Below are positions 19,746 to 28,731 of a stretch of DNA of 64,000 bases, in pieces. Where the stretch lies: the NCBI GenBank assembly GCA_964291405.2, contig OZ219926.1, positions 4,224,001 through 4,288,000 of the forward strand. The letters run 5' to 3'. Position 1 is the first letter of the stretch, and every line of letters starts with the position of its first letter. Both the position numbers and the translations under genes were made by a program. Origin of the DNA: Thermodesulfobacteriota bacterium (lineage in GTDB: Bacteria > Desulfobacterota > Binatia > Bin18). A model generated the notes under the pieces. That model ran no database searches, was not told the origin of the DNA, and was given only the letters and a program-made list of their open reading frames with translations.

Positions 19746-20915
19746 TTACTCTACCGACCGAAAGGCAAAGCGTGGGTCCGCGGCCCGGATTTCGGCCTCC
19801 GGCAGACCGAGTTCCCGGCGGACCATATTGGTGCCCTGAACCAGGGCGATACATTTGTAAAAAGCAATGCGGCGCGATAAGCCTTCACGCCCAAAGCCGC
19901 AGTCTGCGGTAATAATGAGCCGTTCCGGCGGGACGTATTCGAGCGCGCGGCGAATCAGATCAGCGATCATTTGGGGAGGCTCAACCGTGGTGACCGTGTG
20001 GTTGATGACGCCAATGGCGATTTTTTTGTCTGTTTTATAGTGCTTGAGCAATGGCAGGTCGCGGCCCTGGTTGCTTGCTCCTTCCAGGGTGAGGACATCG
20101 GCATTGAGCTGGAGCAGATGCGGCAGTGAGCGTTCATAACTGGGCCGCTCCCAGTAGAAGCTCTGCTGGTTGGGATTGCCCCAGCAGGTATGCGCCCAGA
20201 TCTCCGTATTGACGCCCTCGACTTCACGGTTGAACGCTTGGGTATAGGTTTCCAGTTCTTTGTCCGTTGCTGGCGGGGTCGTACAGCAGGCGAAATGGTG
20301 GGGCGGTTCTTCGATCTGGATAACCGGACAGCCCGCATCCGCCAACTCCCGCAACTCTTCATTCAGCGCCGCGGCCAAGTCCATGACCAGAGCGTGATCG
20401 GTTTTATAGTACTCGTTCCACAGCATCATGGGCAGGCAGGTGGCGCTGATCGAGCCGAACTTCACCGGTTTGCTGGCCATCTTCTGCGCGGTTTTCCAGA
20501 TAGCAGAAAAATGCAGGGGACCGCGCGTCACTTTGTCCGTGACCGCCGGCGGGTGGTAGGCTTCCTGCACCTCGTACAGGATATGGCCAGGCTTGATATC
20601 CGCATAGTCGAGAAAGTGCGAAGAGTCGCGAAAGCCGCTTACCCCGTTGAGGCGTTCAATCGTATAAAAGAACCAGGAGCGCCCGCCCACTTCCAGATCA
20701 AAACGGGTGTCCCCATCGGTGAAGATGTCAAGGCCGGCCTGCTCTTGCTCGTTCATATAACAGGCAACGGCGTCAATATACTGCTCCCGATAGAGTGAGT
20801 CGCCCATCGCGACCTTGAACGGCCGACCTCGTAAGCTCTCGGTAAACCAAGTCGGCTTTGGAAATGATCCGACCATAGCCGTCGGCAGCTTTTTACCTTT
20901 TGTGGCATTAAACAT
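19746..20915 (-). CDS. cobalamin-independent methionine synthase II family (single domain)
   Basis: VGSFPKP; HTCWGN and DCGFG zinc ligands. Confidence 0.85.
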   Translation of the reverse strand: MFNATKGKKLPTAMVGSFPKPTWFTESLRGRPFKVAMGDSLYREQYIDAVACYMNEQEQAGLDIFTDGDTRFDLEVGGRSWFFYTIERLNGVSGFRDSSHFLDYADIKPGHILYEVQEAYHPPAVTDKVTRGPLHFSAIWKTAQKMASKPVKFGSISATCLPMMLWNEYYKTDHALVMDLAAALNEELRELADAGCPVIQIEEPPHHFACCTTPPATDKELETYTQAFNREVEGVNTEIWAHTCWGNPNQQSFYWERPSYERSLPHLLQLNADVLTLEGASNQGRDLPLLKHYKTDKKIAIGVINHTVTTVEPPQMIADLIRRALEYVPPERLIITADCGFGREGLSRRIAFYKCIALVQGTNMVRRELGLPEAEIRAADPRFAFRSVE

Positions 20916-21132
20916 CGTCGCTCCTCCTGCATGATCCGTATAGCTGGCGAATCATACACCCTGTGGACGGGCGGCTGTCAACCAGGAGAGGGGTGGATGG
21001 ACCAGACCCGAAGAAGTCGGTATCCGCTAGCCGATATCCGAACTGGGCGCTTCGGGTAAAGTGTGCTAGAGGCTGCTAAGAGACCAGCCTTGGACCGGAA
21101 CCACCGGCCAAAATCGGAAAAAGGAGTAGGCC

Positions 21133-22017
21133 ATGTTGCGCGGCATTTATTCAGCATTGATTACCCCGTTTGATGAGAATGAAAACATTGATGAGCACGG
21201 GTTAGAGAAGCTCCTGGAATGGTCAATCGGGAAGGGTCTCAACGGCGTGTTTATTGTCAGTAGCACGGGAGAATCCTGGGCGCTTAGTTTTGAGGAGAAA
21301 GTGCGACTCTTTCGACACACCGTAGAGATCGTCAACAAACGTATTGCCGTGATTGCGGGTGTGGGCGTTCCTTCAACGCGTGAAGCGGTGCGGCTAACCG
21401 AAGCGGCTCAGGCCGCGGGTGCCGACTATGTCTGTGCCGTGCCACCGAGTTTTATTCGCCCAACCCAAGACGAGATGATCCAGCACTACGGCGCCATTGC
21501 CGAGGCCACGACCCTGCCCCTGCTGCTGTACAATATCCCGATGTTGGCGGGCAATGTCCTAGAACCACCCGCAGTACGAACATTGGCTGAACGCTACGCT
21601 CACATTCAGGGGATAAAAGATAGCAGCGGAGATTTGACCCTGCTGAACAACCTGATGGTGCGACGGCGATCAGATTTCAGCGTTATGACTGGCATCGATA
21701 CCTTACTCCTACCTGGCTTGTTGGCTGGCAGTCAGGGAGCAATTTTAGGTAGTGCAAACGTGTGCCCCGAACTCTCTCTGGAAGTTGTTCGCCTCTTTGA
21801 CGCCGGACAGCATGACCGCGCCTGGGAGGTGCAAAACCGCCTGACACGATTTTGGCCAGTCATGGGCTTTGGCTCGTTTCCTGCGCCGATCAAAGCCGCC
21901 ATGCAACTCCGTAATCTTCCGGCGGGCCCGACTCGGCAGCCGATCGCACCGCTGACCGATACCGCTCAGGCTGAGCTGCGGCGCGAGTTGCAAGCCATGG
22001 GGATATTAGATTCATAG
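21133..22017 (+). CDS. dihydrodipicolinate synthase family aldolase
   Basis: SSTGE, LYNIP, GIKDSSG. Confidence 0.9.
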   Translation: MLRGIYSALITPFDENENIDEHGLEKLLEWSIGKGLNGVFIVSSTGESWALSFEEKVRLFRHTVEIVNKRIAVIAGVGVPSTREAVRLTEAAQAAGADYVCAVPPSFIRPTQDEMIQHYGAIAEATTLPLLLYNIPMLAGNVLEPPAVRTLAERYAHIQGIKDSSGDLTLLNNLMVRRRSDFSVMTGIDTLLLPGLLAGSQGAILGSANVCPELSLEVVRLFDAGQHDRAWEVQNRLTRFWPVMGFGSFPAPIKAAMQLRNLPAGPTRQPIAPLTDTAQAELRRELQAMGILDS

Positions 22018-22053
22018 CACTCGTATCGAAGGGACAGCCTCCAATATCTGAAC

Positions 22054-22085
22054 GCTTGCAAGAGTTAGCGTTTTTTGTTAGCATT
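22054..22085 (+). promoter_or_regulatory. sigma70-like promoter/operator of the XRE gene (copy 1); probably a leaderless transcript
   Basis: GC-TTGCAA-N17-TAGCAT; near-identical to 22505-22536; ATG 8 nt past the -10 with no strong RBS. Confidence 0.7.
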
Positions 22086-22091
22086 TTGGAC

Positions 22092-22460
22092 ATGGACCAG
22101 AAACGCCCGGACCCGTACGCCACGCTTGGAGAATTCATTAAGCGTCAGCGTGAGCTGTCGCAGCTTTCCCTCCGGCAGCTCGCGGACATATGCGGAATCT
22201 CCAACCCCTACCTCAGCCAGATTGAGCGCGGGCTACGGACGCCGAGCAGCATGATCCTACAGTCGCTGGCTAAGGGACTGCGCATTTCGGCCGAAACCTT
22301 GTATACCCAAGCCGGCATCCTTGACCCGCGAGAGGCTGAAGAGAGTGATGTGATCAAAGCGATTATGCACGATCCCGACCTGTCTGCCCGCCAGCGCGAA
22401 ATGATGATCGATATGTACCGGTCCTTCCGAAAGGTGAATGATGTCGGCGGGACGTCTTAA
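22092..22460 (+). CDS. XRE-family HTH regulator (Rv0474-like)
   Basis: LSLRQLAD..ISNPYLSQIERGLRTPS..LRISAETLYTQAGIL. Confidence 0.85.
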   Translation: MDQKRPDPYATLGEFIKRQRELSQLSLRQLADICGISNPYLSQIERGLRTPSSMILQSLAKGLRISAETLYTQAGILDPREAEESDVIKAIMHDPDLSARQREMMIDMYRSFRKVNDVGGTS

Positions 22461-22472
22461 AAAGGCCATTCT

Positions 22473-22488
22473 TGTCACGTAGGTGACA
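22473..22488. promoter_or_regulatory. TGTCA-N6-TGACA (CooA-type Crp/Fnr) box
   Basis: TGTCACGTAGGTGACA; centre about -61.5 from the start predicted for the 22507-22535 promoter. Confidence 0.7.
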
Positions 22489-22504
22489 TTTTTTTGCCTG
22501 GGGT

Positions 22505-22536
22505 GCTTGCAAAAGTTAGCGCATACAGTTAGCATT
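22505..22536 (+). promoter_or_regulatory. sigma70-like promoter/operator (copy 2) upstream of the phasin-like gene
   Basis: GCTTGCAAAAGTTAGCGCATACAGTTAGCATT; TTGCAA-N17-TAGCAT. Confidence 0.7.
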
Positions 22537-22598
22537 AAACCAATCAAGGAACGAGCCGACAGAGTCGGTAATCTCACAACCACACAGGGAGGTTTCTC

Positions 22599-22937
22599 AT
22601 GGCCGATAACGCGTGGAATTGCAGTGCTTTTAATAAGATGTTCGACGCCGGTAACAATCCGTTTGTCAAGATGATGAGCGAGATGAACATGCCGTTCAGC
22701 GAATCAATGAAGCAAATGGCTGCGCAGTCGCTTGAGTCCAGCGAAAAATGGGCAAGCCGAGCTTTTGAGATGAACGAAAAGGCAACGGAGTGGGCGAAGG
22801 ATACGCCGTTTGCGTCAATTTTTGAAACTCAGCGGTCGTTTGCCCGTCAGATTTTTGACTCGTCCACCGCACTGACCCGTCAGCTCTGGCAGCTTGAGCC
22901 CAAGGCCGAAGAGGCTGCAACAGAGGCGAGCAATTAA
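22599..22937 (+). CDS. small helical protein, phasin/lipid-granule-associated-like
   Basis: Strong GGGAGG RBS, own terminator, amphipathic Ala/Ser/Glu/Met-rich sequence; function inferred. Confidence 0.55.
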   Translation: MADNAWNCSAFNKMFDAGNNPFVKMMSEMNMPFSESMKQMAAQSLESSEKWASRAFEMNEKATEWAKDTPFASIFETQRSFARQIFDSSTALTRQLWQLEPKAEEAATEASN

Positions 22938-22955
22938 ATCGATATAATCTCTTGC

Positions 22956-22990
22956 GCGGAGGATATCTCCATCCCTGCGATATCCTCCGC
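22956..22990. terminator. hairpin terminator between convergent genes
   Basis: GCGGAGGATATC...GATATCCTCCGC 12-bp stem. Confidence 0.75.
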
Positions 22991-22998
22991 CTTTACCT

Positions 22999-23712
22999 TC
23001 ACTTCTCGTCTAATAATAGGCCGGCGACTTCTCGCAGGCGGTCTGGATGGACGATGAGCTTACGCCCATCTCGGAGCAATACCTGCTGTCGTGCAAGCTC
23101 CTGCATATGCTCCGTCACTTTCTGGCGTGACGCGCCCACAAGATCGGCGAGATCTTCATGGGTGAGCTGTAAGATCAGCATAGTCCCCCGGGCATCCTGA
23201 ATGCCGAATTTTTGCGCCAGTTCGAGCAAAGCTAAAGCCAGCTTTTGTCTCAGGCTAGAGCCCTGAAAATGTGTATAACGGTAGAGGAGAGCAAACCACC
23301 GGCCTACGGTTCCTTCCATAAGGGCACTGAAATCCGTAAATGGGACGTTGAGCAGTGTTGTCACAAAAACCTCTGGCCGGACTGAACTGACCCAGCAATC
23401 GCTAAACGCTTCTGAGCGAAAGGCCCGGTACATACCTGGCATCAGCGAGGTAATACCAAATAACTCTCCAGGTGAGATGAGACTGACCAGAACTCGCTCT
23501 TCATCCGGACTGCGCAAGGAGAGTTTGACCACGCCAGAAATCAGGAAATACACCGAATCTGAGGGAACTCCCTCGTTAAACAGGACGGTGCGTTTTTCGA
23601 TGTGATGCAGATCCATCTGACCCAGAAGCCGCTCCACCTGCTGATCTGAGGCCCAGGGAAATGCCTTCAGTCGCCGGATCGTTGTCACATTAAGGACAGG
23701 TATACGTGCCAT
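22999..23712 (-). CDS. Crp/Fnr family transcriptional regulator (start may be 23757)
   Basis: cNMP-like domain (GELFG) and HTH LTHEDLADLVGASRQKVT. Confidence 0.92.
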   Translation of the reverse strand: MARIPVLNVTTIRRLKAFPWASDQQVERLLGQMDLHHIEKRTVLFNEGVPSDSVYFLISGVVKLSLRSPDEERVLVSLISPGELFGITSLMPGMYRAFRSEAFSDCWVSSVRPEVFVTTLLNVPFTDFSALMEGTVGRWFALLYRYTHFQGSSLRQKLALALLELAQKFGIQDARGTMLILQLTHEDLADLVGASRQKVTEHMQELARQQVLLRDGRKLIVHPDRLREVAGLLLDEK

Positions 23713-23793
23713 ACGCGCTCTACCACAGCTTAGGCATAAGATCGCCTGATGGTTCACTACCCGAAGGAGATGCTGTTTTCATCAGCCCTTTCC

Positions 23794-23817
23794 TTATTGT
23801 CACTTGGGTGACAATAA
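23794..23817. promoter_or_regulatory. perfect inverted repeat containing TGTCA-N6-TGACA, upstream of the Crp/Fnr gene
   Basis: TTATTGTCAC-TTGG-GTGACAATAA. Confidence 0.75.
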
Positions 23818-23967
23818 AGCAAGGCGCCCTTCTGCTTACTCCACACGACGCAGAGCAGAAATGCATCCTGCCATCCGTAGACCCAAGCATCTTTTCATTG
23901 TAGTATGCCACCCTATAGGAAACACAGCGGGACGCTGAGCCTGCTATTCTACGATGGAGGAGGGCGG

Positions 23968-24405
23968 ATGCGAAAAGTATACGCGTATCAGAAGCTATTT
24001 TCTTGCTTGATCATGGCCAGTTGTCTTTCTCTCTGGGCATGTGGTGAACGTCCCATGGGACAGAAAGAAGAATTGGCGATTCAGATCGTCAAAGCGAATG
24101 CGTCTGAAGACGGGTTCAGTATTGTTTCCAATATAGAGAAGCGGCGGGATATGGCCGGCCGTGCCGGGAACCCCTGGACTCTGGGGCCGTGGGAGGCTGG
24201 GTTACTCTCTCAGGCAGACCGGATTAACGACGAACTCAGTCAGTATTTCAACATCTTCGAGGCTCCGGGAGGCCGGTGGGTTCGCTTCACGTACACGGAT
24301 AAGGACGGGACCCACGAGGCGCTCTGGGAGACCCATATCTATAAGAAGAATGTTGAAGGGAAGAACGACCTGGCAAAAGAGTTCATGACGTCGCCGCCTG
24401 AGTAA
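23968..24405 (+). CDS. putative lipoprotein, hypothetical
   Basis: GGAGGAGG RBS; signal peptide with lipobox LWAC. Confidence 0.7.
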   Translation: MRKVYAYQKLFSCLIMASCLSLWACGERPMGQKEELAIQIVKANASEDGFSIVSNIEKRRDMAGRAGNPWTLGPWEAGLLSQADRINDELSQYFNIFEAPGGRWVRFTYTDKDGTHEALWETHIYKKNVEGKNDLAKEFMTSPPE

Positions 24406-24511
24406 GAAGCCGGTCTCCTCTGGCAAGTCGTTTTTTCACATAACAGCGGTGGCTCGGGGGAAGGGCTGAGTTGCCGCTGACACGTACCCCACGCACCCTC
24501 CTACCTGCTCC

Positions 24512-25351
24512 TCAGGTCTGCATGTCATCCTGTGAAGACAGGGCAACGGTTAGATGAGGCTCTCGCTCTTGTTCTCGTAAGCGAGAGAGCACGTCTGCCA
24601 GAATACGGTAGACCTGCGGGTTCACAATCAGACCAATATGGCGTCCAGTGACCTCCCGGTTCTCGCGCTCAGGATCGATACTCGCATTCCACTCTACGAC
24701 CTCGTCCTGTTTGGAGAAGATTGAGGTAAACCCGACCTCTTCCGGCATGGATGAAATAACGCTGCGGTTAAAGTGGCAGTTGCAGTGGAGCGTCCCGCAC
24801 TCGGACGGAAGCTCTCCGCGCCAGCGCCGAAAGGGTTGCAGCACACGTGAGGCAAACAACACCAGCGGACTCACATTATTTGTCCGTTGAATGGGAGAAC
24901 CCATCGTGACCACATGGCGGACCTGGTCGGGAAAATTTGTCCCCAGAAACCGCGCGAGCATGCCGCCGAGACTATGGCCAAAAACAATGAGCGGATAGCC
25001 GGTCTCCCGAATGATTTGGTTCAGCCGCCAGCGGAGTAAATGCCCTGTCCGATTCGGACAATCGATATTCCAGTCCAGACCGGAGAAATATGGATTATAG
25101 CCTATGCGGCTCAGCCAACCCGCTAATAATTGTAAGGTCCAGTCGCCAGCAAGAAATCCCGGGATCAGAAGAACAGGCTCTCCCGACGCCTGAGGGACTG
25201 GTGGATGACGATAGATGTCGTCCCGGAGAAGGGCACACATTTGACGGTAGGAATCTGGAAAGGCCGCCGTTAATTGCCAGAAAAGCGTGCTAAAACGCTC
25301 GGCGTCTTCCCGTTCAGGATAAGCGTCCGAAAGAAGATCATCCGGTGTCAT
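24512..25351 (-). CDS. lipase/esterase-type alpha/beta hydrolase (PGAP1-like)
   Basis: PVLLIPGFLAGD, GHSLGG, MGSP, SKQDEVV, HIGL triad; RBS before ATG 25351. Confidence 0.85.
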   Translation of the reverse strand: MTPDDLLSDAYPEREDAERFSTLFWQLTAAFPDSYRQMCALLRDDIYRHPPVPQASGEPVLLIPGFLAGDWTLQLLAGWLSRIGYNPYFSGLDWNIDCPNRTGHLLRWRLNQIIRETGYPLIVFGHSLGGMLARFLGTNFPDQVRHVVTMGSPIQRTNNVSPLVLFASRVLQPFRRWRGELPSECGTLHCNCHFNRSVISSMPEEVGFTSIFSKQDEVVEWNASIDPERENREVTGRHIGLIVNPQVYRILADVLSRLREQEREPHLTVALSSQDDMQT

Positions 25352-25387
25352 GTTGTCCGCTCCCCCCAGGAGTGTTGACTGGATTTT

Positions 25388-25417
25388 TGCTTGCAATAGG
25401 TGATAACTTTTGCAAGC
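25388..25417 (-). promoter_or_regulatory. third copy of the XRE-associated motif, upstream of the lipase
   Basis: Minus strand reads GCTTGCAAAAGTTATCACCTATTGCAAGCA. Confidence 0.6.
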
Positions 25418-25689
25418 GTAGCAAAAAGCTTGGGAGAAAGAAACCGGCTGGTTCTCGTCCGGTATGCGGTTAGTGAGATTGGCGCTTGAACAGATATCTG
25501 CTAGGGAGACTACTTTCATCAATTTTCAATTCTCTCAAAGGATTCGCCGGCGCCAAAAGATACGCAAAGCTTTCACTCACTCCACGAGAGGAGGAATAGA
25601 AAGCAGAACGGAGTGAAAACGCGCGGGTATTCTTCGTTCACTCTTGTGCGCGCTAATGGCGCGATTGATACGGCTTGAAGGAGGAGCAT

Positions 25690-26277
25690 ATGGCTGAAGC
25701 ACGGATGCACATCGAACGTCCTTACCCTCATACGATTACTCTTCGTAACGGGTCGAGGGTCACGTTACGCTTAATGACGTCCTTTGATGCTGACCGCATT
25801 GTGAGTTTTGCACATAGCTTGCCCGCAGACGATCTTCTCCATTTGAGGATTGACATCACGGACCCTGAAGTCGTGAAGCAATGGGTGCGGAATCTTGAAG
25901 CCCGTAAGACCGTGACGATCATTGCCGAAAATGGGGAGGAGATAGCCGGCTATGCCATTCTGCACCATAATATGGTGACGTGGCAGCGTCATCTTGGAGA
26001 AATTCGTCTCTTGCTTGCTCCAGAGTATCGCTCCCAGGGATTAGGGCGGACGTTGGCAGAGGAAATTATTGCCATTGCGCAGGACTTAGAACTGAGTAAA
26101 GTGGTCGCTCAGATGATGCCGGACCAACCAGGCGCGCGCGCGCTTTTCCTCCGTCTGGGCTTTCAAACAGAGGTACTCCTGCCGGATTTTGTCATTGACC
26201 GGTCTGGACAGACGCGCGACCTGATTATCATGGCTTACGATATGACGGGCCTGTCCGGCCATGTGCACTCCACCTAG
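25690..26277 (+). CDS. GNAT family N-acetyltransferase
   Basis: YRSQGLGRTL acetyl-CoA motif; LFLRLGF. Confidence 0.88.
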   Translation: MAEARMHIERPYPHTITLRNGSRVTLRLMTSFDADRIVSFAHSLPADDLLHLRIDITDPEVVKQWVRNLEARKTVTIIAENGEEIAGYAILHHNMVTWQRHLGEIRLLLAPEYRSQGLGRTLAEEIIAIAQDLELSKVVAQMMPDQPGARALFLRLGFQTEVLLPDFVIDRSGQTRDLIIMAYDMTGLSGHVHST

Positions 26278-26306
26278 GCGATCCATTGAGTGGAGAGAAC
26301 AGCGGC

Positions 26307-27776
26307 TTAAGCCGCGTTCGTACGGACATCGGCTGGGCGTGCGTCGGCATTCGCCGAACGTTTTGAAAACCGCTCCGCCGCCTCTCGCAACTCTAGGAAC
26401 GACGCCTTCAGGCAGTCGGCATACTCCCACCCGTCCGGTATGAGTTGGGGGTCAAGCGTGACGCCTATCGAGAGCTTCTGATTATAGCTGGCCACCGCAT
26501 GGAACAGGCCCACTCGTGCCGCTAGCGGGCCCATCGGAAAGAAGGCGTGTCGTTTATGCCCGGCCAGATATAGCGGAACCTGCGGACCAGGAATATTCAT
26601 GACCACCGTATTCGCCAGCGCACTCATCGAGGGCGCTTGGCCGGCGAGCGCTTGCCAAGCTGGTGGGATGCAGGTCGCCAAGGACTGCAGGGTGTGGAAG
26701 GTGCCAGCTTGATCCTGCTCGTACAGTTCCTCAACCGTCGCTTTTTGCGCGGACAGCCGTAAAATCGGGTCAGTGATACCGACATACAACGGGATTAACA
26801 TCGTCGCCGTCCGGCCCGTGGGCCGTCTTCCACGCCTGACGCGGGGCTCGTGTCGTTTGAGGTTGACGGGAGAAGCAACACGGAGTTCCAGGCCTTCTGT
26901 ATTATGTCCCTTGGCCCGTAAATAGCGTCCAATACCCCCGGCAATGATCGTCAGCACAACATCGTTTACAGTTCCTCTGAGGACCGAACGAATGAAGCGC
27001 GCTTCGGCAAAAGAAAATTCGAGCCACGTCAACTGTCGCTGGCCCGAAAGCGCCGTATTAAACGGGGTGCGCGGAACGGGTTGCATGAGGGTTGGAATGG
27101 CACTCATCAGTGCATTGCTTAACCGCGTTGACCGTGAGCCGTGGAACGGCGAGCGAAAGGCCTGGAAACTCTGATCGGCCCACCACTGTACCACCTCAGT
27201 CATCCGATCTCGAACTGCCTCTTGCAGAAGCGTCATCGCGTCGGGAATGGCCTCAGGCTCCCACGAATCGTGCGGTGGTGAGCCGCGTTCGCTGTCCGGT
27301 CTCAGGTCATGCAAGACGAGCATCAGATCAATGCCTGAGACGCCTTCCAGCATAGCTTGGTGAACGCGGGCCAGGACCATGGTGTCGCCGTCCGGACGGC
27401 CGTGGATGAGCGTCAGCCTCCATAAGGGCCGGTCTCGGTCCAATGGCGTGCTAAACAGTTGGCTGCAGACCTGAGAAATGACTCGATCATCGGCAGGAGG
27501 AGGGAGGGTGACTTCGTCTATATGATAGGCAAGATCGAAATCCGGATCATCCTCCCAGGTCGGATGGGCAATGTTCAGAGGAGCAAAAACAGCCTTCTGA
27601 CGATACTGGGGCAGGCGGTCAAAACGACTTTGAATTAATGCACAGAGCTCGTCTTTTGAAAGAGTGCCGGCATACAGACTACAGCCCCCAATATGCATAG
27701 GCGTATGTGGTTTCTCTCTGTAGAGAAAGGCTGCCTCAGTCTGAGTTAAACGTCTATAGGTCCTGTCTTGAGCCAT
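26307..27776 (-). CDS. wax ester synthase/diacylglycerol acyltransferase (WS/DGAT) homolog with atypical active site
   Basis: PMHIG, WEDDPDFDLAYH, PLDRDRPLW, GTVNDVVL, NIPGP; HHxxxDG appears as HQAMLEG. Confidence 0.9.
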   Translation of the reverse strand: MAQDRTYRRLTQTEAAFLYREKPHTPMHIGGCSLYAGTLSKDELCALIQSRFDRLPQYRQKAVFAPLNIAHPTWEDDPDFDLAYHIDEVTLPPPADDRVISQVCSQLFSTPLDRDRPLWRLTLIHGRPDGDTMVLARVHQAMLEGVSGIDLMLVLHDLRPDSERGSPPHDSWEPEAIPDAMTLLQEAVRDRMTEVVQWWADQSFQAFRSPFHGSRSTRLSNALMSAIPTLMQPVPRTPFNTALSGQRQLTWLEFSFAEARFIRSVLRGTVNDVVLTIIAGGIGRYLRAKGHNTEGLELRVASPVNLKRHEPRVRRGRRPTGRTATMLIPLYVGITDPILRLSAQKATVEELYEQDQAGTFHTLQSLATCIPPAWQALAGQAPSMSALANTVVMNIPGPQVPLYLAGHKRHAFFPMGPLAARVGLFHAVASYNQKLSIGVTLDPQLIPDGWEYADCLKASFLELREAAERFSKRSANADARPADVRTNAA

Positions 27777-27805
27777 ATCTGACTTGTTAGAGGATATGCA
27801 GAGAG

Positions 27806-27832
27806 AAAAAAAGAGGGACCGCAGTCCCTCTT
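27806..27832 (-). terminator. intrinsic terminator between the 27865-28332 gene and WS/DGAT
   Basis: AAGAGGGAC-loop-GTCCCTCTT with an A-tract that reads as a U-tract on the minus strand. Confidence 0.75.
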
Positions 27833-27864
27833 CCGTATGATTTCAGCGAGTGCAGGAAACCGAA

Positions 27865-28332
27865 CTAGGCTGCCACACGTTTGAGAGGGGTAGCCGGTTG
27901 CTCAACCTTTGGAGAGACTGCTCTGAGCTCCGTCGCCCCCCGGAGAGCCGTGACTTCTTCCCTGAGAGCATGAATCTCGGCCTGGAGTGCCCGAGTCTCA
28001 TTCGCTGACGGCAGTCCTGCTGCTTGGGTCAACCCAGTCAGAACGGTCTTGGTTAAGGCATTACTGACTTGCTGCCAGCGTAGAAATCCGTCCAGTGCCC
28101 GCGCAGTTGCCTCCGCAAACTGTGGAGTGCGATACAAGTTATCGATGCCCTGAGAGGTCAGCCGGACCATGGCATCATAGCCACCCCAAGCGCTGGTCGT
28201 TGTTTCTTGGTCATCTGCCAAGCCCAAACCCTGCCGTATACCCGCCACAGGCAGGTCGAAGAACAGGGTCTTATATACTGTCATGGCATCCGTCATTATA
28301 TTCGCGACATTATTAGTCTCTGCCATTGCCAT
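27865..28332 (-). CDS. PhaE/phasin-like helical protein
   Basis: C-terminal GLPSANETRALQAEIHALREEV resembles the LPT(R)xxxxxL coiled-coil of PhaE/PhaR-type proteins; AAGGAG RBS. Confidence 0.55.
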   Translation of the reverse strand: MAMAETNNVANIMTDAMTVYKTLFFDLPVAGIRQGLGLADDQETTTSAWGGYDAMVRLTSQGIDNLYRTPQFAEATARALDGFLRWQQVSNALTKTVLTGLTQAAGLPSANETRALQAEIHALREEVTALRGATELRAVSPKVEQPATPLKRVAA

Positions 28333-28402
28333 TCTCCTTCATGTGTTTCGTGTGAACGTCTTCTACTCTACGACGATTGCAGGACCCAACCAAGCAAGCC
28401 AT

Positions 28403-28469
28403 CGTCACCTATGTGACCTTCGTTTCCGTTTTTTTGAGACTAACCCTTCTTTTTGTCTCCTCGGTGACA
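28403..28469. promoter_or_regulatory. two TGTCA-N6-TGACA-like boxes upstream of the phasin-like/WS-DGAT unit
   Basis: CGTCACCTATGTGACC (28403-28418) and TGTCTCCTCGGTGACA (28454-28469). Confidence 0.6.
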
Positions 28470-28731
28470 TCGACATGACCCTTGCATGAAAAGAGAAGTC
28501 AGAGGAATGAAGCAGCAAATCAGGTGCCATCCTGCTGTGGGAGATATCCCTAGAAGACAAAGAAATTTTCTCTCTTAAGGAGCCCTTAGACAGGAGACTG
28601 CCAATTTCCCGGGCACTAGGGTGTTGCCCAGGCAACACAAACCTGTACGGAGCAACACAGATTGCTGTTCGGGGAGCGAGTCTTTATAGTGTTCTTCTCT
28701 GGTACGGCTCAAGAAAAAAGGAGAAGGAGCA

